DNA of 63,969 nt, counting the filler, from Octopus bimaculoides (taxonomy: Eukaryota), in NCBI RefSeq assembly GCF_001194135.2. It is 4 parts of 4 records of this genome, joined end to end, with 100 filler letters (N's around TTAATTAATTAA, not from the genome) between each part and the next. Parts side by side here need not be neighbours in the genome. Positions count along the whole stretch, not along the records: positions 41,281 to 58,535 come from NC_068990.1; positions 58,636 to 63,969 come from NC_068981.1; 2 more parts are not named here. One strand, written 5' to 3'. The position numbers were made by a program, and so were the translations under genes. Below the pieces are notes generated by a model. It made no database searches and was not told the origin of the DNA. It saw only the letters and a program-made list of their open reading frames with translations. This document shows positions 48,884 through 62,960 of the stretch, piece after piece (the stretch's first letter is position 1; every line of letters begins with the position of its first letter).

Positions 48884-50530
48884 TATTTTCCTATGTCCAA
48901 TTTTATATCCACACCCTATTCTATTAAGTTCGCTTGTAAGGGGTATTAGGGCTAAGCAAAACATTAAAGGTGAAAGTAGATCACTTTAGAAATTGCCACA
49001 GTTGATGTTAATGGTTTTTGTGGTCAATAGTCCATTAGAGTTGTAAAATTGGAGATTCGTATTCCACACTAACATGCTTCAGGAAGTTTGAAATGACAGG
49101 ATTAAATTTGAAGATGTACAGCGATTTCAAGATCCATGAATGCAGTATGTTGTCAAAGGCCTTTTTTATAATCAATCTATACGTAACTGAGATTTCTGTA
49201 TTTGTTATGACAGTTCTCAAAGACCATGCGATTGATTAAGAGTTGGTCTTTGCATCCCTATGAGCCTCGTCGGCACCCTTTTTGTTCAGTGAGGAAAATA
49301 TCGTTCTGTTCCATAAATTTGTATATTTTCCCCACGAGGAAGAATTTTAAAATTTTATACGTGGTAGATAGACATTTTATGGGTCGATAGTTTGGGAGAA
49401 ATTTGGTTTCATTATTTTTCGTTAGTAGGTAAGAAATACCTCTAGCTAACCAATCAGGTGCTTTCGTAGTATCTCTCATAATTTCATTGAATAACTGGAC
49501 TAACTTTTCGTGTGCGCACGGGAGCAATGCGAGCCAAAAATTGGAACCCTATCATTACCAGAGGATTTCAACTTAGTGTCATCCTTAGGTTTGCTATTGT
49601 GGTGCCCTCCCCCGCTTGTTCTGTTAAGTTTTGGTAGGATCATTCTGTGCGTCTAATCTAGTCTGCAACTTTCATTGTAAGTCTTTTCATCACTCCAGAT
49701 ATCTTTCCAAAAGTTTTCAACTTCTATAGAAGGGGAGTCTTCAACGGTTATTTTCTCCTTCCCTATTTCTCTGTAGAATGTTTTCGCACTTTGCTTGTAA
49801 AACTTGTTTCTCTTCTCACATCTTCATATTCTTTGAGCCTTTGCTTGGACTTTTTGTTGCAGTGTTTCTTTTGCTGAAAGCAGTTCTCTTGATGAGAATC
49901 TATGTTTTCTCTTCATTTTTCTTCCTTTTCAGGTTTTTACATAATTTCCACAAATTAGTTCATTCAATATTGATATTTCCCCTCTCATTATTTCAATGTC
50001 TTGTTCAATTTTACATTTCCAGACTGGAATTCTCTTGTTTGCATATCTTTGTTTTTTCGGAGGCAATTGTCTTAGCAGCTGCGTAAGTAATTTCGTTTAA
50101 TTCAGTGTTGTTACATAGTTTCCAATTTTAATTTGTTTTCTATTTTGGATTGTATTTGAGAGTTTATGAAGTGGTTCTCTATTAGCGTGTCTTACGACAC
50201 CAAGCTTATTCAGGATTTTCTGCTTCATTTCTATCATAGTCTCTCTATGATCTTCAGTAAATGAATAGTCTTCAAATATTGTTTCTTTACTACTTTCCTC
50301 GCTATCTTTATCTGGTTCATTACAATTTATTTCTGCAGAGGTTTGCGTGTTCTGGTCAGATAACAGTCTTTCAATTGAGACTTGCGGAGAGTTGTTCTCT
50401 TCGTCTGGTTTTTCATTTCCTTTCTGTCTTATATTTAGGTCATTTCCCGTTGCGTGCTTGATCGCGGTTATTTCACTATCTGTGAGTCTTTAATTTCTAG
50501 AGATATCCTTAACATAATATAGTCTGCTGT
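48884..50530 (-). mobile_element. R4/Dong-type LINE, upstream part of the interrupted copy
   Basis: Contains NYRPIKCLSTTYK, EQKGCRRGS, IDYKKAFD and DLLSPLMFCLALIPL...GYKIGHRKI. Confidence 0.9.
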
Positions 50531-50536
50531 CTTGAT

Positions 50537-50574
<38 letters not shown>

Positions 50575-50779
50575 CTTCTTCTTCTTCTTCTTCTTCTTCT
50601 TCTTCTTCTTCTTCTTCTTCTTCTTCTTCTTCTTCTTCTTCTTCTTCTTTGTCGTCCTGACCTTCAAAATTTTGTTCCCTAAAGTTGCTTATTTAGTTAC
50701 TAAACGTTTTTCTATAGCACCACTATTGCATAGGTGGGTCGGTTTGTGTTAATGCCCTTCTTGGAGTCTGTAATCTTAA

Positions 50780-53035
50780 AATAATTGTTTCAAAATTAAT
50801 TTAAAAAGAAAACAAATGTGGTGAAACCAGTCTTGCCGAATAACATAAAAGAGGAGTCGAGAAGTGTTTCAGATAGAGAGTTGTAAGACGCCGCAGTGAC
50901 CTCCGCCTACTACCCACAAATAAAAAGGGATGCGAGCACGCAGCAGGTTCAAATTCTCGCACACAAAATTGCCGGGACTTCAAAAAATAATGTGTCAAGC
51001 TGAGGTAGAAAAGTTAATAAGACTGGAAAATGTGCAAGCCAGTATTACCATCCCACACGAGGTGTTGTCAGAAACTAAAAAGAAAACTGTGTTGTACAGA
51101 TGCGTCTTCGTAAACACGAAGCGGCCAGAAACGGCGAGATAGGCGGACGTGGAAAGGGCACTGAAAGAAATAATGCTCGACATTCTTCATGTTTTGAGGG
51201 CTAAACAGTTTGTGGGCATTTCAGTGCCATTTAAATCAGAAGCTCTGGCTGCCAAACACTCCGTGTTTCCATGTCGGATTGAAAATATGTGCTTCGTCCA
51301 TCCTATTTAGGAAGGAGGATGGTGCGCATAAAGATAGCTGGGATACCACCAGAGGTAAACTTGTGGTGGATTCTCGCAGCGATCGTTTTGGAAGAGGGCA
51401 ACAGCTTCCTGGAGGTCAAAAGGACATGACGTGAAAATTGGCCTGGAACCAGTGTGGAGGTGCTCCTCCACATTCAACCACAAGCTATTCACAAGATCCC
51501 AGATCGCATTCGCCTTCCAGGAGGGGAAGAATTACATGTCACAGTGAATGGTAGAACGCCACAGTGCCACCTGCGTGGAGCGACAGGACACTTGAAAGTC
51601 TTCTTCCCCCCAACAGAAGACAGGGAACTATGGCATTCCTTTACTGCAAACACCAAGTTCCCCAAAACATCAACAACAACAACAACCATACCAACAACGA
51701 CGCGTAACAAAAGCAGCACCAATCCTAGCAACAATGGCACCATCATCAAGAACAGTAAAACCAATAAACCTAACAATAGCAAGCTCAGCAGCATCATCAA
51801 CATCAGTCACAGCAGCAGCACCAGCCACAGCAACAACAACAGCAACCTCAGTAACACCAGCAACACCAACAATACCAATAACACCAGCAACAGATGCACC
51901 AGAAGAGATAATACATAAGAACACACACAACACCCAGGGCTACCTCAACGAAGCTCTCCCTCTCTTCGTCTACTTCAAACCCCATCGACACATGACCTGA
52001 TTCCACAGGTTCAGATTCATTGGCAACACAGCGAAAATGAAGGGAAATCACAAAAACCAAAAAGAAAAAAAACGAAAAGGAATCACAAAAATCCATCAAG
52101 TCCCACATCACCCCACACATCAAGAAACAGAAAATACACCAACAATTGTCACAGACACACATACAGCTTCACCAACCTCTCCAGCACCACAATCACAAAC
52201 CTCGCCACCAACACTACTCGAAATGCAACAACCGACCAAAAGAAAACACTCCTAAGAACAACAACGAGCAACCTCACAAACACCAAACTTCGTGCTAGTG
52301 AGGAGGTCAAATACAAAATTGATGGACCTCCTATCACGAAGGAAAGATGTCGAGAGAGAGGTTGTGATCTTTGGCACCGGCACCTTTAAAGTGCCAGAAG
52401 CATTGGTGTTGGTGCGGAATGCCTATAGAGGCATATAAACTCACTAGGAAGAGCTTCCCACAAGAAATGTAAAGGCCACGGGTAGGCTTTTTAAAGAGTT
52501 CCCAGAGGGACCCCAACAACTCATGGATACGCGAATGGTAAGTAGATGCCCCTTTGCGTCTTCTATCAATTCTGTCCGGTCAACGTGGGATGTTTAAGAA
52601 TAGGTTTGTATTGTCAGAACTAGGGTGCATACTATAAGATACGAGGGGACGAAAACCGTTTGATGGGCCCGGGTGGCAGAAGTACTACGTGTCAACAAAG
52701 TCACAATTCTGTCTTTGTTGGGAAGGGACGGGCGTATGCTACACGAGTTCAAACAGAGGTGTACGGAATTTCAGCAGCACTTCGCCGAACTGTTCGGGGC
52801 GCGCGGCGTGTCAGGGACGAAGGTGGATTTCACCTCCTACCTCGGCAGCATGCTGCGCCTTTTGGCCAGGGATGCGGAGTTCTGCAAGATGCCGATAACA
52901 GCCGAAGACATACGGGACGCCATGAAGGCCTGCACTACAGAGAAGTCTCTGGGGTTGGATGGTCTACCTTTCGAGCTTTATCTTCACATGCCAGACTTTT
53001 TCGGTGATTTCAAAGTGCGCGTTCACTTTGCGTAG
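50780..53035 (+). mobile_element. Decayed, internally deleted L1/Tx1-type LINE
   Basis: ORF1 knuckle VTVNGRTPQCHLRGATGH with a T/N/S-rich linker; ORF2 piece PITAEDIRDAM...LGLDGLPFELY. Confidence 0.75.
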
Positions 53036-53252
53036 AAGTACAGAAAGTGGGATCAAGGTTATGACAAATAATAAGGGTGAACAAAAATCTCCCTGGAAGA
53101 CACCTCTTTTGATTGTCATCACTCGACTACATGCTTATTGTTACAGAAAAGACGTGTTTTCCAACTAGGCACCCTGTTCTTAATCAATGCGCACACGTCC
53201 TCATCTTTTCCACACATGTCGAGTGTTTCCAGAAATTATTATTATCATTATT

Positions 53253-53745
53253 GAGTGAGAGAGCGGTACATGTCATCAAAGTGACGAAGCCGGGTACACC
53301 AGGCACATGCATCACAACCATATGTGCGTGACATAGTGATCTCCTATCAAGATAAACCGTGCATGATCTTGCAGGTGGGCCAGTTAGTATTTTCTTCAGG
53401 TCGAGTAGCCCATCCCACTAAAAAGGTCCCTGAATAAGGGTTGATTAAGGATAATGAACAAAACACACATGTTTCCAAAGGTTAAATTCTCCAAACCCCA
53501 AAGAATTCCTCTCAACACATGGCTATGATGCTCCCCCACTACTTCTGCTCATGATCAGAGATGCACATATCATCAGCCACTAAGCGACATGCTGAACTGG
53601 TCAAGCAACTGACAAGCAAATCTGTGGTATTGAGCAGAATATTTGTTGTAGTCCATCTTTTGGACTACAACAGTGTACATGATAACACTTCAAATCAGTT
53701 AAGATCAAAAGCCATGAGAGCCACTGCCTGGTACTACTTCAGCGC
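53253..53745. mobile_element. Non-coding interspersed element between (ATT)n tracts, copy 2
   Basis: Colinear with 24896-25442 apart from one deletion near the left end. Confidence 0.8.
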
Positions 53746-53796
<51 letters not shown>

Positions 53797-54574
53797 GAAA
53801 AACGTGGGAGAAACTGAGTAAGATAAAATTAAGATTAGACTTGTGTAAATTATTTCTGGTGATTTAATATACAATGCGAAGAATTATCTTAACATATATT
53901 AAGTAATGAAATGATATTCTTGTAGCTTTCGAAAGCAAAAAGATTGTCTGGAAATAATTCATTTCATCAAACGAGATTGTAAGCTCACATTAAAGGCTGA
54001 TGAAAAGAAGCTAACAAAAATGGGAAGTGGGAAGTCTGGGAAAGAGAGAAACTTGCATTTACAGACAGATCTTTGGCATATAGACAGAAATAGAAAAAAT
54101 ATCAGGGGCGTTTAAAAGAAATTAAAAACATATTCTATGGAGAATTTATTACGCATACATATAAAAACAAAGAAGAACAATAAGCCTTACCGAAAACTAA
54201 TAGAACTTCATAAAAGAAAACAAAAATACATGTGGTTTTAGAAGACGATAATTGAATAAACCTTGTTAGAATAAAAGAAAACTAGAATTGACTAAAATGA
54301 AATGTTTAAAATTAATGAATGGATAAAGTAACAACTCGGTAAAAGATATAGATTCGATGAGATTGAGCGGAAGATTGGTCTGAGAACAGATATAGTTAGC
54401 TGAAAGAAACGAAAAATATCCACTTTCCATAAAAAATTATGTTATCAAATATGTGTAATCGTTATGCATTATGAACTAACTTACGTTTTTAATTCAATTA
54501 TTATTATTACTATGCGGCGAGCTTCCAGAAACGTTAGCACGCTGGGCGAAATGCTTAGTGGTATTTCGTCTGTC

Positions 54575-57500
54575 TCTTGTTTCTTACGCGTCGCACATGT
54601 GTTTGTGGTGTTGTGGTGAAAATTGCTGTTTCTTAGTGTTATTATTTATAATAACTGCTGTTTTTGTTAAACTGTTGAATTTCGTAACTGCTGGAGTTTT
54701 CATTTGAAAATACTAAGTGCTTGTAGAAAGCACACGTTGTTCATTCCCCCGTTGGGGGGAAGAATGTCGTCTAGCGAGAGGCCTACGGTTGGAACAGAGA
54801 TGTTTGTTTTTCCTGTCGAAGCGAAGAATTGCATGTTGTCTGGCGAGGAGCCAACTACGAGCAAAGAAATAATGGATTCCCCCGTTGTAAAAAGAATAAC
54901 AAAATGTATGAGTTATTTGGAGATGTGTCTGAAAGCTCGTCAGAACTTTCACAAGAAGAATACCCGAGTTTGCCAAAAAACAAAAGTATTGTGTCCAAAA
55001 GAAAAATTGATGCACCTAGCATCCAAACTGAACAACCAAAAAAAGTAAAAGATAAGTTTTGCGTTGGCAGCTGGGGGTTGAACCCGGCTGCTTTCGACGA
55101 ATAAGTGTGATTTTATGAAATATAGTGAAATGATGCAAATAAATGATAACGTGGTTAAAATACAACTACCGGAGAAATTACAATTATATTTAAAACTTAC
55201 GGTTTGCAAAAAAGAAACATTGAGAGAATTACAGAAGAGAAGATAGAGAAGTTCCTGAAGCCAATCTGGCAAGAGGCAGGAAATTTGGTACGGTGGAAGT
55301 AAGGTTTACCAACAAAGAAATTGCACAAGAACTCTCAGTAGAAACGCTGAAAACGGACGACGTGGTGCTCATCCCCACCTATATGGGAATGAGAACGTCC
55401 AGAATTAAAATCACAAGGGTCCCACCGGAGTGGATCCTACGTGGTTGGTGGCGACAGTCCTAATCAAACAGGAAGAGAAAATTACCCTTCTCCAGGCTGC
55501 CGCTACCGAAAACGCTAACTGTACTGGCTAACCCTAAAATAATTGAAGCAATTCTCGAGACAATTGAGATAGGGAAAGAGACCCTCGTGGTGTCTGTTGA
55601 GGGCCGAGAATCCCGATGTCTTTTGTGCGGCCAATTAGGCCGCATTCGAAGGAACTGCAAGGAAAATGAGGAAGAGGAGGAAGAGAAGAAAGAAGAAAAA
55701 GAGGAAGAAGAAAAAGAAGAAAAAGATGAGAAGAAAACAACAAACAAAAGAAAAATACAATCAGCAACTCAACCGAGAGCGGGGACTACTACGGAACAAC
55801 GACCAAAAAAGACTGCCAGAAGAGAAAAAGAGTAATTAAGACTGCAAAAAAAAAAAAAAAAAACCTTTCGGAGAAAAATAGCAATTATGACATGTATGAA
55901 GTCCCAAATAAGACTCATAGAATTTTACAAAACAAATACCGTAAGACAGTATCATCAATGAGATTGGACTTTAATAAGTCTATATTTCATGGATTACCAG
56001 CCTCGATCCCGCGTGAAAAGGAAAAGGTGGAGACCCCCCTCCACCTGATAATTCTGTGTCGGTAATGAGACGGGATTTTAACAAATCTATTTCCCAAGAC
56101 CTGCCACCTCCGACCCTGTATCAAGAAAAGGTGGAGGGTCCCTCTCCACCGGACAGCCCTGATTAACAGGTAAGTCATGTCTATTCACATTGGTTGTATA
56201 AATGTTCGTGGCCTGTTGTCTAGCTGGAAGCAAGGACGCTTCCTAGATGACATCAAGTCAAGAGAATTGGATGTGATTGTGGCAACAGAAACCCGGGTAT
56301 GAGAAATACGGCTATGAGAAATACGTTTCTCCAAGTCGAACGGCTATGAGAATAGCTATGAGAAATACGTTTCTCCAAGTCGAGCGGAAGGTGGGGTGTT
56401 GGTCCTACTGAAAAGAAACTGGGTAGCCGAGAAAAAGTTGTTTTTTTTCTGATCCAGAAGGCAGGCTGGTCGTTCTCGACCTGACATTCAGTTGTGGCAT
56501 GATAATCAGGCTAGTTGCTATTTATGCACCCAACATTATGGGCCCGCAAAGTGAATATTTTCGTGACCTGCGCAAGTTCCTGAACACGTCGCATTCGCTA
56601 GTATTGTTAGGAGACAATATGTGACACAGTATGTGACGCACACACAGATTGTGTTGGCTCAAACACGAACAGAAAATGTAACCCAGGCTTACGGGATCTG
56701 CTAAGGCACTTCCAGCTAGCAAATCCATATAGGTTGGAACACCCGAACACTCCACAGTGGATGTGGTCAAATACTGACGTGTCTTCCAGAACATATCTAG
56801 ATAGGATTTTAATTAGAGAAACAGATAAGTCCATAGCTAAGTGTCCACAGCTTTTTCTAGTCAGCTACAGTGACCACAAGATGGTTACCTGTAAACTAAC
56901 AATAGATAAGTTACATAGTCAGGGATCTGGCTACTGGAAACTCAATACGTCTCTTTTAGCGATTGAGGAATACAGAAAGCGGATCAAGATGTTAATACAG
57001 AGGGCATTGACAGGTACCATCATTAATAACAAATGGTGGTACGCCCTAAAAAGAGCCATCAAATATGAGTCTATTANNNNNNNNNNNNNNNNNNNNNNNN
57101 NNNNNNNNNNNNNNNNNNNNNNNNNNNNNNNNNNNNNNNNNNNNNNNNNNNNNNNNNNNNNNNNNNNNNNNNNNNNNNNNNNNNNNNNNNNNNNNNNNNN
57201 NNNNNNNNNNNNNNNNNNNNNNNNNNNNNNNNNNNNNNNNNNNNNNNNNNNNNNNNNNNNNNNNNNNNNNNNNNNNNNNNNNNNNNNNNNNNNNNNNNNN
57301 NNNNNNNNNNNNNNNNNNNNNNNNNNNNNNNNNNNNNNNNNNNNNNNNNNNNNNNNNNNNNNNNNNNNNNNNNNNNNNNNNNNNNNNNNNNNNNNNNNNN
57401 NNNNNNNNNNNNNNNNNNNNNNNNNNNNNNNNNNNNNNNNNNNNNNNNNNNNNNNNNNNNNNNNNNNNNNNNNNNNNNNNNNNNNNNNNNNNNNNNNNNN

Positions 57501-58535
57501 NNNNNNNNNNNNNNNNNNNNNNNNNNNNNNNNNNNNNNNNNNNNNNNNNNTCTCTCGGGGTCGGATGCGGAGTCTTGCGAAGGGTCAATCACGTCTGGGG
57601 AGGTGATGGAGGCTTTGGCCGACTGTAAAACGGGTAGGTCGCCGGGACTTGATGGTCTTCCGTACGAGCTGTATAAATGTATGCCAGACTTGTTCGAGCA
57701 TCTACTGGCTGACGTTTACGCGAACTGGCAATAGAGTGGGTTTATCCCCAGATCTGTGCGCCGGAGAATGGTGACGTTGGTCAGAAAGGACCCGGACAAG
57801 GGGGACGTTATAGAGAATTTCAGGCCCATCACTCTGTTAAACGCAGAAGTGAAGATTTTGGCCAAGGTCTTAGCAGAAAGGTTGGCACGTGTCTATCTTA
57901 TCCGATATACCATAGAGAAGGTTGGTAATAAATCTGGCAAAGGTGGGGCATTGGTACGTTTGGACGAGTCTAAGGCTTTTGATAGGGTTTACTATCGATA
58001 CCTGGTGACTGTGCTTGCGTTGTTCGGCCTGGGCCTTGGCTTCCTCAAGTGGTTTATCGCTTTGTACCACAACATGGACTCGATAGTTCGGGTGAACGGT
58101 TTCCTTTCGAAGCCGTTCTGCATCAGACGCTCGGTTCGTCAAGGATGTCCACTCTCACCGCTTTTGTATGTGGTGGCTCTCGAGCCCCTACTACGAAGGT
58201 TGAGTGGCATTCCGAGAGAACCAAGTCTAGTAAAGTTTGTCACAGCTTACCCGGATGATATCACTATCGGCATAACCTCAGTAGCACGCCTACGTGAAGT
58301 GGGTAAGACAATTGAGGCTTACGAAGAGGTGGCAGGAGCAAAGATTAACCGGGAAAAGTTGGTCGGCTTGCAGCTCGGCACCTGGGTTGGCACGCATGCG
58401 TTAAGATTGAGGCACTTCTGGTGGATTCTCCTGGATAGTGAACGGGTGTGGTCTCCGCTGGCCAGACAAATGTTCCCTGAATTCAAAAGTTTTTGCGAAC
58501 AGGAAGCCTGGTGTTCTCGTAGACCAAGGTCGAGT
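54575..58535 (+). mobile_element. Near-full-length L1/Tx1-type LINE (ORF1, EN, RT), decayed and cut by a scaffold join
   Basis: ORF1 CLLCGQLGRIRRNC; EN IGCINVRGL, VATETR, AIYAPN, SDHKMV, GYWKLN; RT SPGLDGLPYELY, FRPITLLN, KAFDRV, VRQGCPLSPLLY, YPDDIT. Confidence 0.9.
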
Positions 58536-58635
58536 NNNNNNNNNNNNNNNNNNNNNNNNNNNNNNNNNNNNNNNNNNNNTTAATTAATTAANNNNNNNNN
58601 NNNNNNNNNNNNNNNNNNNNNNNNNNNNNNNNNNN
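58536..58635. other. Artificial scaffold-join spacer
   Basis: N44-TTAATTAATTAA-N44. Confidence 0.9.
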
Positions 58636-59055
58636 ATATATATATATATATATATATATATAGCGAGAGTGAGAGAGAGAGAGAGAGAGAGAGAAACAGA
58701 TGGGGAGAGAGGGGCAAAGGAGGCAGAAAGACAGAGATGGGGGAGGGAGGGAGATAGATATAGGTATATACACACATACATACAAACACACATAAATACG
58801 TACATACATGTACATACACGCATACATATATGCATACACAGAGAGGTACATACATAAATGCATACATGCATACATACATGCATACATACATGCATACATA
58901 ATACCTACATACATACATATATACATGCATGCATACATACATACAAACACATAGATTAGTGAGTGAATCAACGAAAGTTGCACTCAACATTTCTATTCAA
59001 CGCTAGGTTGACTGAGTGTATATATGTGCATGGGTGTATGAACAAAAATACGTTG

Positions 59056-59091
<36 letters not shown>

Positions 59092-60940
59092 TGATGAGTT
59101 AAATGGATAGATAATTAGATAGACAGATAGATATATAGAGAGATTTACAGACAGATAAACGAGAAAACAGAACAGAACAGTGCCGGGATTTGGTGGCGGT
59201 GGGGGGAGGGGGAGGGAAAGAGACAGAAATGGTATCACGGAACGAAAGGATGAGGAAAAGAAAGGACAANNNNNNNNNNNNNNNNNNNNNNNNNNNNNNN
59301 NNNNNNNNNNNNNNNNNNNNNNNNNNNNNNNNNNNNNNNNNNNNNNNNNNNNNNNNNNNNNNNNNNNNNNNNNNNNNNNNNNNNNNNNNNNNNNNNNNNN
59401 NNNNNNNNNNNNNNNNNNNNNNNNNNNNNNNNNNNNNNNNNNNNNNNNNNNNNNNNNNNNNNNNNNNNNNNNNNNNNNNNNNNNNNNNNNNNNNNNNNNN
59501 NNNNNNNNNNNNNNNNNNNNNNNNNNNNNNNNNNNNNNNNNNNNNNNNNNNNNNNNNNNNNNNNNNNNNNNNNNNNNNNNNNNNNNNNNNNNNNNNNNNN
59601 NNNNNNNNNNNNNNNNNNNNNNNNNNNNNNNNNNNNNNNNNNNNNNNNNNNNNNNNNNNNNNNNNNNNNNNNNNNNNNNNNNNNNNNNNNNNNNNNNNNN
59701 NNNNNNNNNNNNNNNNNNNNNNNNNNNNNNNNNNNNNNNNNNNNNNNNNNNNNNNNNNNNNNNNNNNNNNNNNNNNNNNNNNNNNNNNNNNNNNNNNNNN
59801 NNNNNNNNNNNNNNNNNNNNNNNNNNNNNNNNNNNNNNNNNNNNNNNNNNNNNNNNNNNNNNNNNNNNNNNNNNNNNNNNNNNNNNNNNNNNNNNNNNNN
59901 NNNNNNNNNNNNNNNNNNNNNNNNNNNNNNNNNNNNNNNNNNNNNNNNNNNNNNNNNNNNNNNNNNNNNNNNNNNNNNNNNNNNNNNNNNNNNNNNNNNN
60001 NNNNNNNNNNNNNNNNNNNNNNNNNNNNNNNNNNNNNNNNNNNNNNNNNNNNNNNNNNNNNNNNNNNNNNNNNNNNNNNNNNNNNNNNNNNNNNNNNNNN
60101 NNNNNNNNNNNNNNNNNNNNNNNNNNNNNNNNNNNNNNNNNNNNNNNNNNNNNNNNNNNNNNNNNNNNNNNNNNNNNNNNNNNNNNNNNNNNNNNNNNNN
60201 NNNNNNNNNNNNNNNNNNNNNNNNCACCACCATTCCACCATTCCACCATTCCACCATTCCACCATTCCGTATTTTAGACAAAAGGTTGGTTGGTTGGTAA
60301 TTAACGTCGACTCGCGCACAACTAATTGAACACATCCAACCCAGGGGCATCGCAGCTTCCTGTCAACGGCTTTTTGTTGTTGTTTTTTGTTTTTTTTTTT
60401 ACTAAAGCGCCGTCTAGCGGAAACAGTAGAAATGCCAAGGTCTGTGAGGCAAAATGTCAGACAATGGATATGATAGGAAAGAGATTCCGTCGTCAAGTTA
60501 AGGTTCGCAGCCACACAAAACGGTGTTTGGTGAATTTGGTAACACTCTGTGTATACACGCGTGCGTTTGTGCGCGTGTTAGCGTGCGTGTGCGCGCGTGT
60601 GTGTACGCGTGTGTGTTTGTGAGTGCCTGTATTTATACTTGCCATACGCGTAATTGTATGCATCCGCATGTATATATATTTATTTGTATGCATATGTATA
60701 CATATAAAAGCGTATCTATACATACATGTAAAGCATATATATTCGTCTATAGATATGCATATATATACACTTATATGTATACAACGCGCATGTATATACA
60801 CATATATATATACACAAACACACGTACATAAACATATGCATACATATACATACATATATACATATGTGTACATATATTTGTCTTAGACATAAACGTGTGT
60901 ATACATATACACATATATATGCATATGTATGCGCATGTTT

Positions 60941-61218
60941 AGGAGTGGCTGTGTGGTAAGTAGCTTGTTTACCAACCACATGGTTCCGGGTTCAGTCCCA
61001 CTGCGTGGCACCTTGGTCAAGTGTCTTNNNNNNNNNNNNNNNNNNNNNNNNNNNNNNNNNNNNNNNNNNNNNNNNNNNNNNNNNNNNNNNNNNNNNNNNN
61101 NNNNNNNNNNNNNNNNNNNNNNNNNNNNNNNNNNNNNNNNNNNNNNNNNNNNNNNNNNNNNNNNNNNNNNNNNNNNNNNNNNNNNNNNNNNNNNNNNNNN
61201 NNNNNNNNNNNNNNNNNN

Positions 61219-61265
<47 letters not shown>

Positions 61266-61273
61266 ATATGTAG

Positions 61274-61305
<32 letters not shown>

Positions 61306-61466
61306 ATGAGTTTGTTTGTGTCTGTGTTTATCTCCCACCATCGCTTGACAACCGATGCTGGTGTGTTTACATTCCCGTGACTTAGCGATTCGCCATAAGT
61401 GACCGATAGAATAAGTACTAGGCTTACAAAGAATAAGTCCTTGGGTCGATTTGTTCGACTAAAGGC
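60941..61466 (+). mobile_element. tRNA-derived SINE, family B (CORE-like), gapped
   Basis: Head and tail match 61907-62322. Confidence 0.85.
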
Positions 61467-61906
61467 AATATATATATGCATATATACATGTATATATGTA
61501 TGTGTGTATATATACGATATATATATACACACGCGTTTGTGTAAGTGGTGTGTGTGTGTGTGTGTGTAGAAAGAATGGGAAAGAGAGAGGAAGGGAGAAG
61601 GTAAAAGAAGTTGGTCTAGATAACGATGTTGTTTTTAACATGAATCAGTTGATGAATATTTCCCACAATGCACCTCGATATCTAATATGGTGGACTGTCT
61701 CCCGTGAAACGGAACAATAGACATTCTATGTGTACTGGATTGTGTGTGCGTGTACGTAAACTGTTGTTTATGAAACTGTCTGCTCCTCCCTGTGTATGTG
61801 TGTATGTGTGTGTATCGCCCATTTAGAAAACAGATAACAGATAATTGCCTGTTTGTGGTCAAGATTATGGTCTGGCAGTTATAAAAATACATACATACAC
61901 ATTATA

Positions 61907-62077
61907 GGCGTAGGAGTGGCGCTGTGGTAAGTAGCTTGCTTACCAACCACATGGTTCCGGGTTCATTCCCACTGCGTGGCACCTTGGGCAAGTGTCTTCT
62001 ACTATAGCCTCGGGCCGACTAAAGCCTTGTGAGTGGATTTGGTAGACGGAAGCTGAAAGAAGCCCGTCGTATATATG

Positions 62078-62108
<31 letters not shown>

Positions 62109-62322
62109 TTATGTTTGTGTCTGTGTTTGTCCCCACACGCATCGCTTGACAACCGATGCTGGTGTGTTTACGTCTCCGTAACTTAGCGGTTCGGCAAAAG
62201 ACACCGATAGAATAAGTACTAGGCTTCCAAAGAATAAGTCCTGGAGTCGATTTGCTCGACTAAAAGGCGGTGCTCCAGCATGGCTGCAATCAAATACCTG
62301 AAACAAGTAAAAGACAGAAAAG
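61907..62322 (+). mobile_element. tRNA-derived SINE, family B (CORE-like), full length
   Basis: A-box and B-box head, GCACCTTGGGCAAGTGT core, internal (TA)/(TG) tract, tail ending GAAACAAGTAAAAG. Confidence 0.9.
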
Positions 62323-62454
62323 AGTATACACGCCTTCATACATGCAAGCATACAGCCATCCATATATTCATATACATACACACCTACTTACACTTGCACA
62401 CACACACACACACATACACATACATGATCACACACACGCATACACATACACTAA

Positions 62455-62960
62455 CATATTCTTTTATTCCTTTACTTGCTTGAGTCATTTGGCTGCGGTC
62501 ATACTGGACCACCGCCTTTGGTCGAGCAAATCGACCCCAGCACTTATTCTTCATAAGTCTAGTACTTATTCTATTGGTTTACTCTTTTGCCGAACCATTA
62601 AGTTACAAGAACGTAAATACACTAACATTGGTTGTCAAGTGATGGTGGGGGGACAAACACGGACACATACACAAATATATATATACATATACATATACAT
62701 ATACATATATATANNNNNNNNNNNNNNNNNNNNNNNNNNNNNNNNNNNNNNNNNNNNNNNNNNNNNNNNNNNNNNNNNNNNNNNNNNNNNNNNNNNNNNN
62801 NNNNNNNNNNNNNNNNNNNNNNNNNNNNNNNNNNNNNNNNNNNNNNNNNNNNNNNNNNNNNNNNNNNNNNNNNNNNNNNNNNNNNNNNNNNNNNNNNNNN
62901 NNNNNNNNNNNNNNNNNNNNATATATATATATATATATATATACGACGGGCTTCTTTCAG
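62455..62960 (-). mobile_element. Family B SINE, inverted relative to the preceding copy, gapped
   Basis: Reverse-complement tail at 62455-62660 and ACGACGGGCTTCTTTCAG at about 62943. Confidence 0.75.

Noticed and set aside
51454-51918. 154-aa T/N/S-rich ORF as a host gene
   Set aside because: It begins with a LINE ORF1 knuckle region and lies within an L1/Tx1 remnant; the low complexity comes from CAA/CAG repeats.
56299-56385. Nested short duplications ATGAGAAATACG...
   Set aside because: Slippage-type damage inside a dead L1/Tx1 endonuclease.
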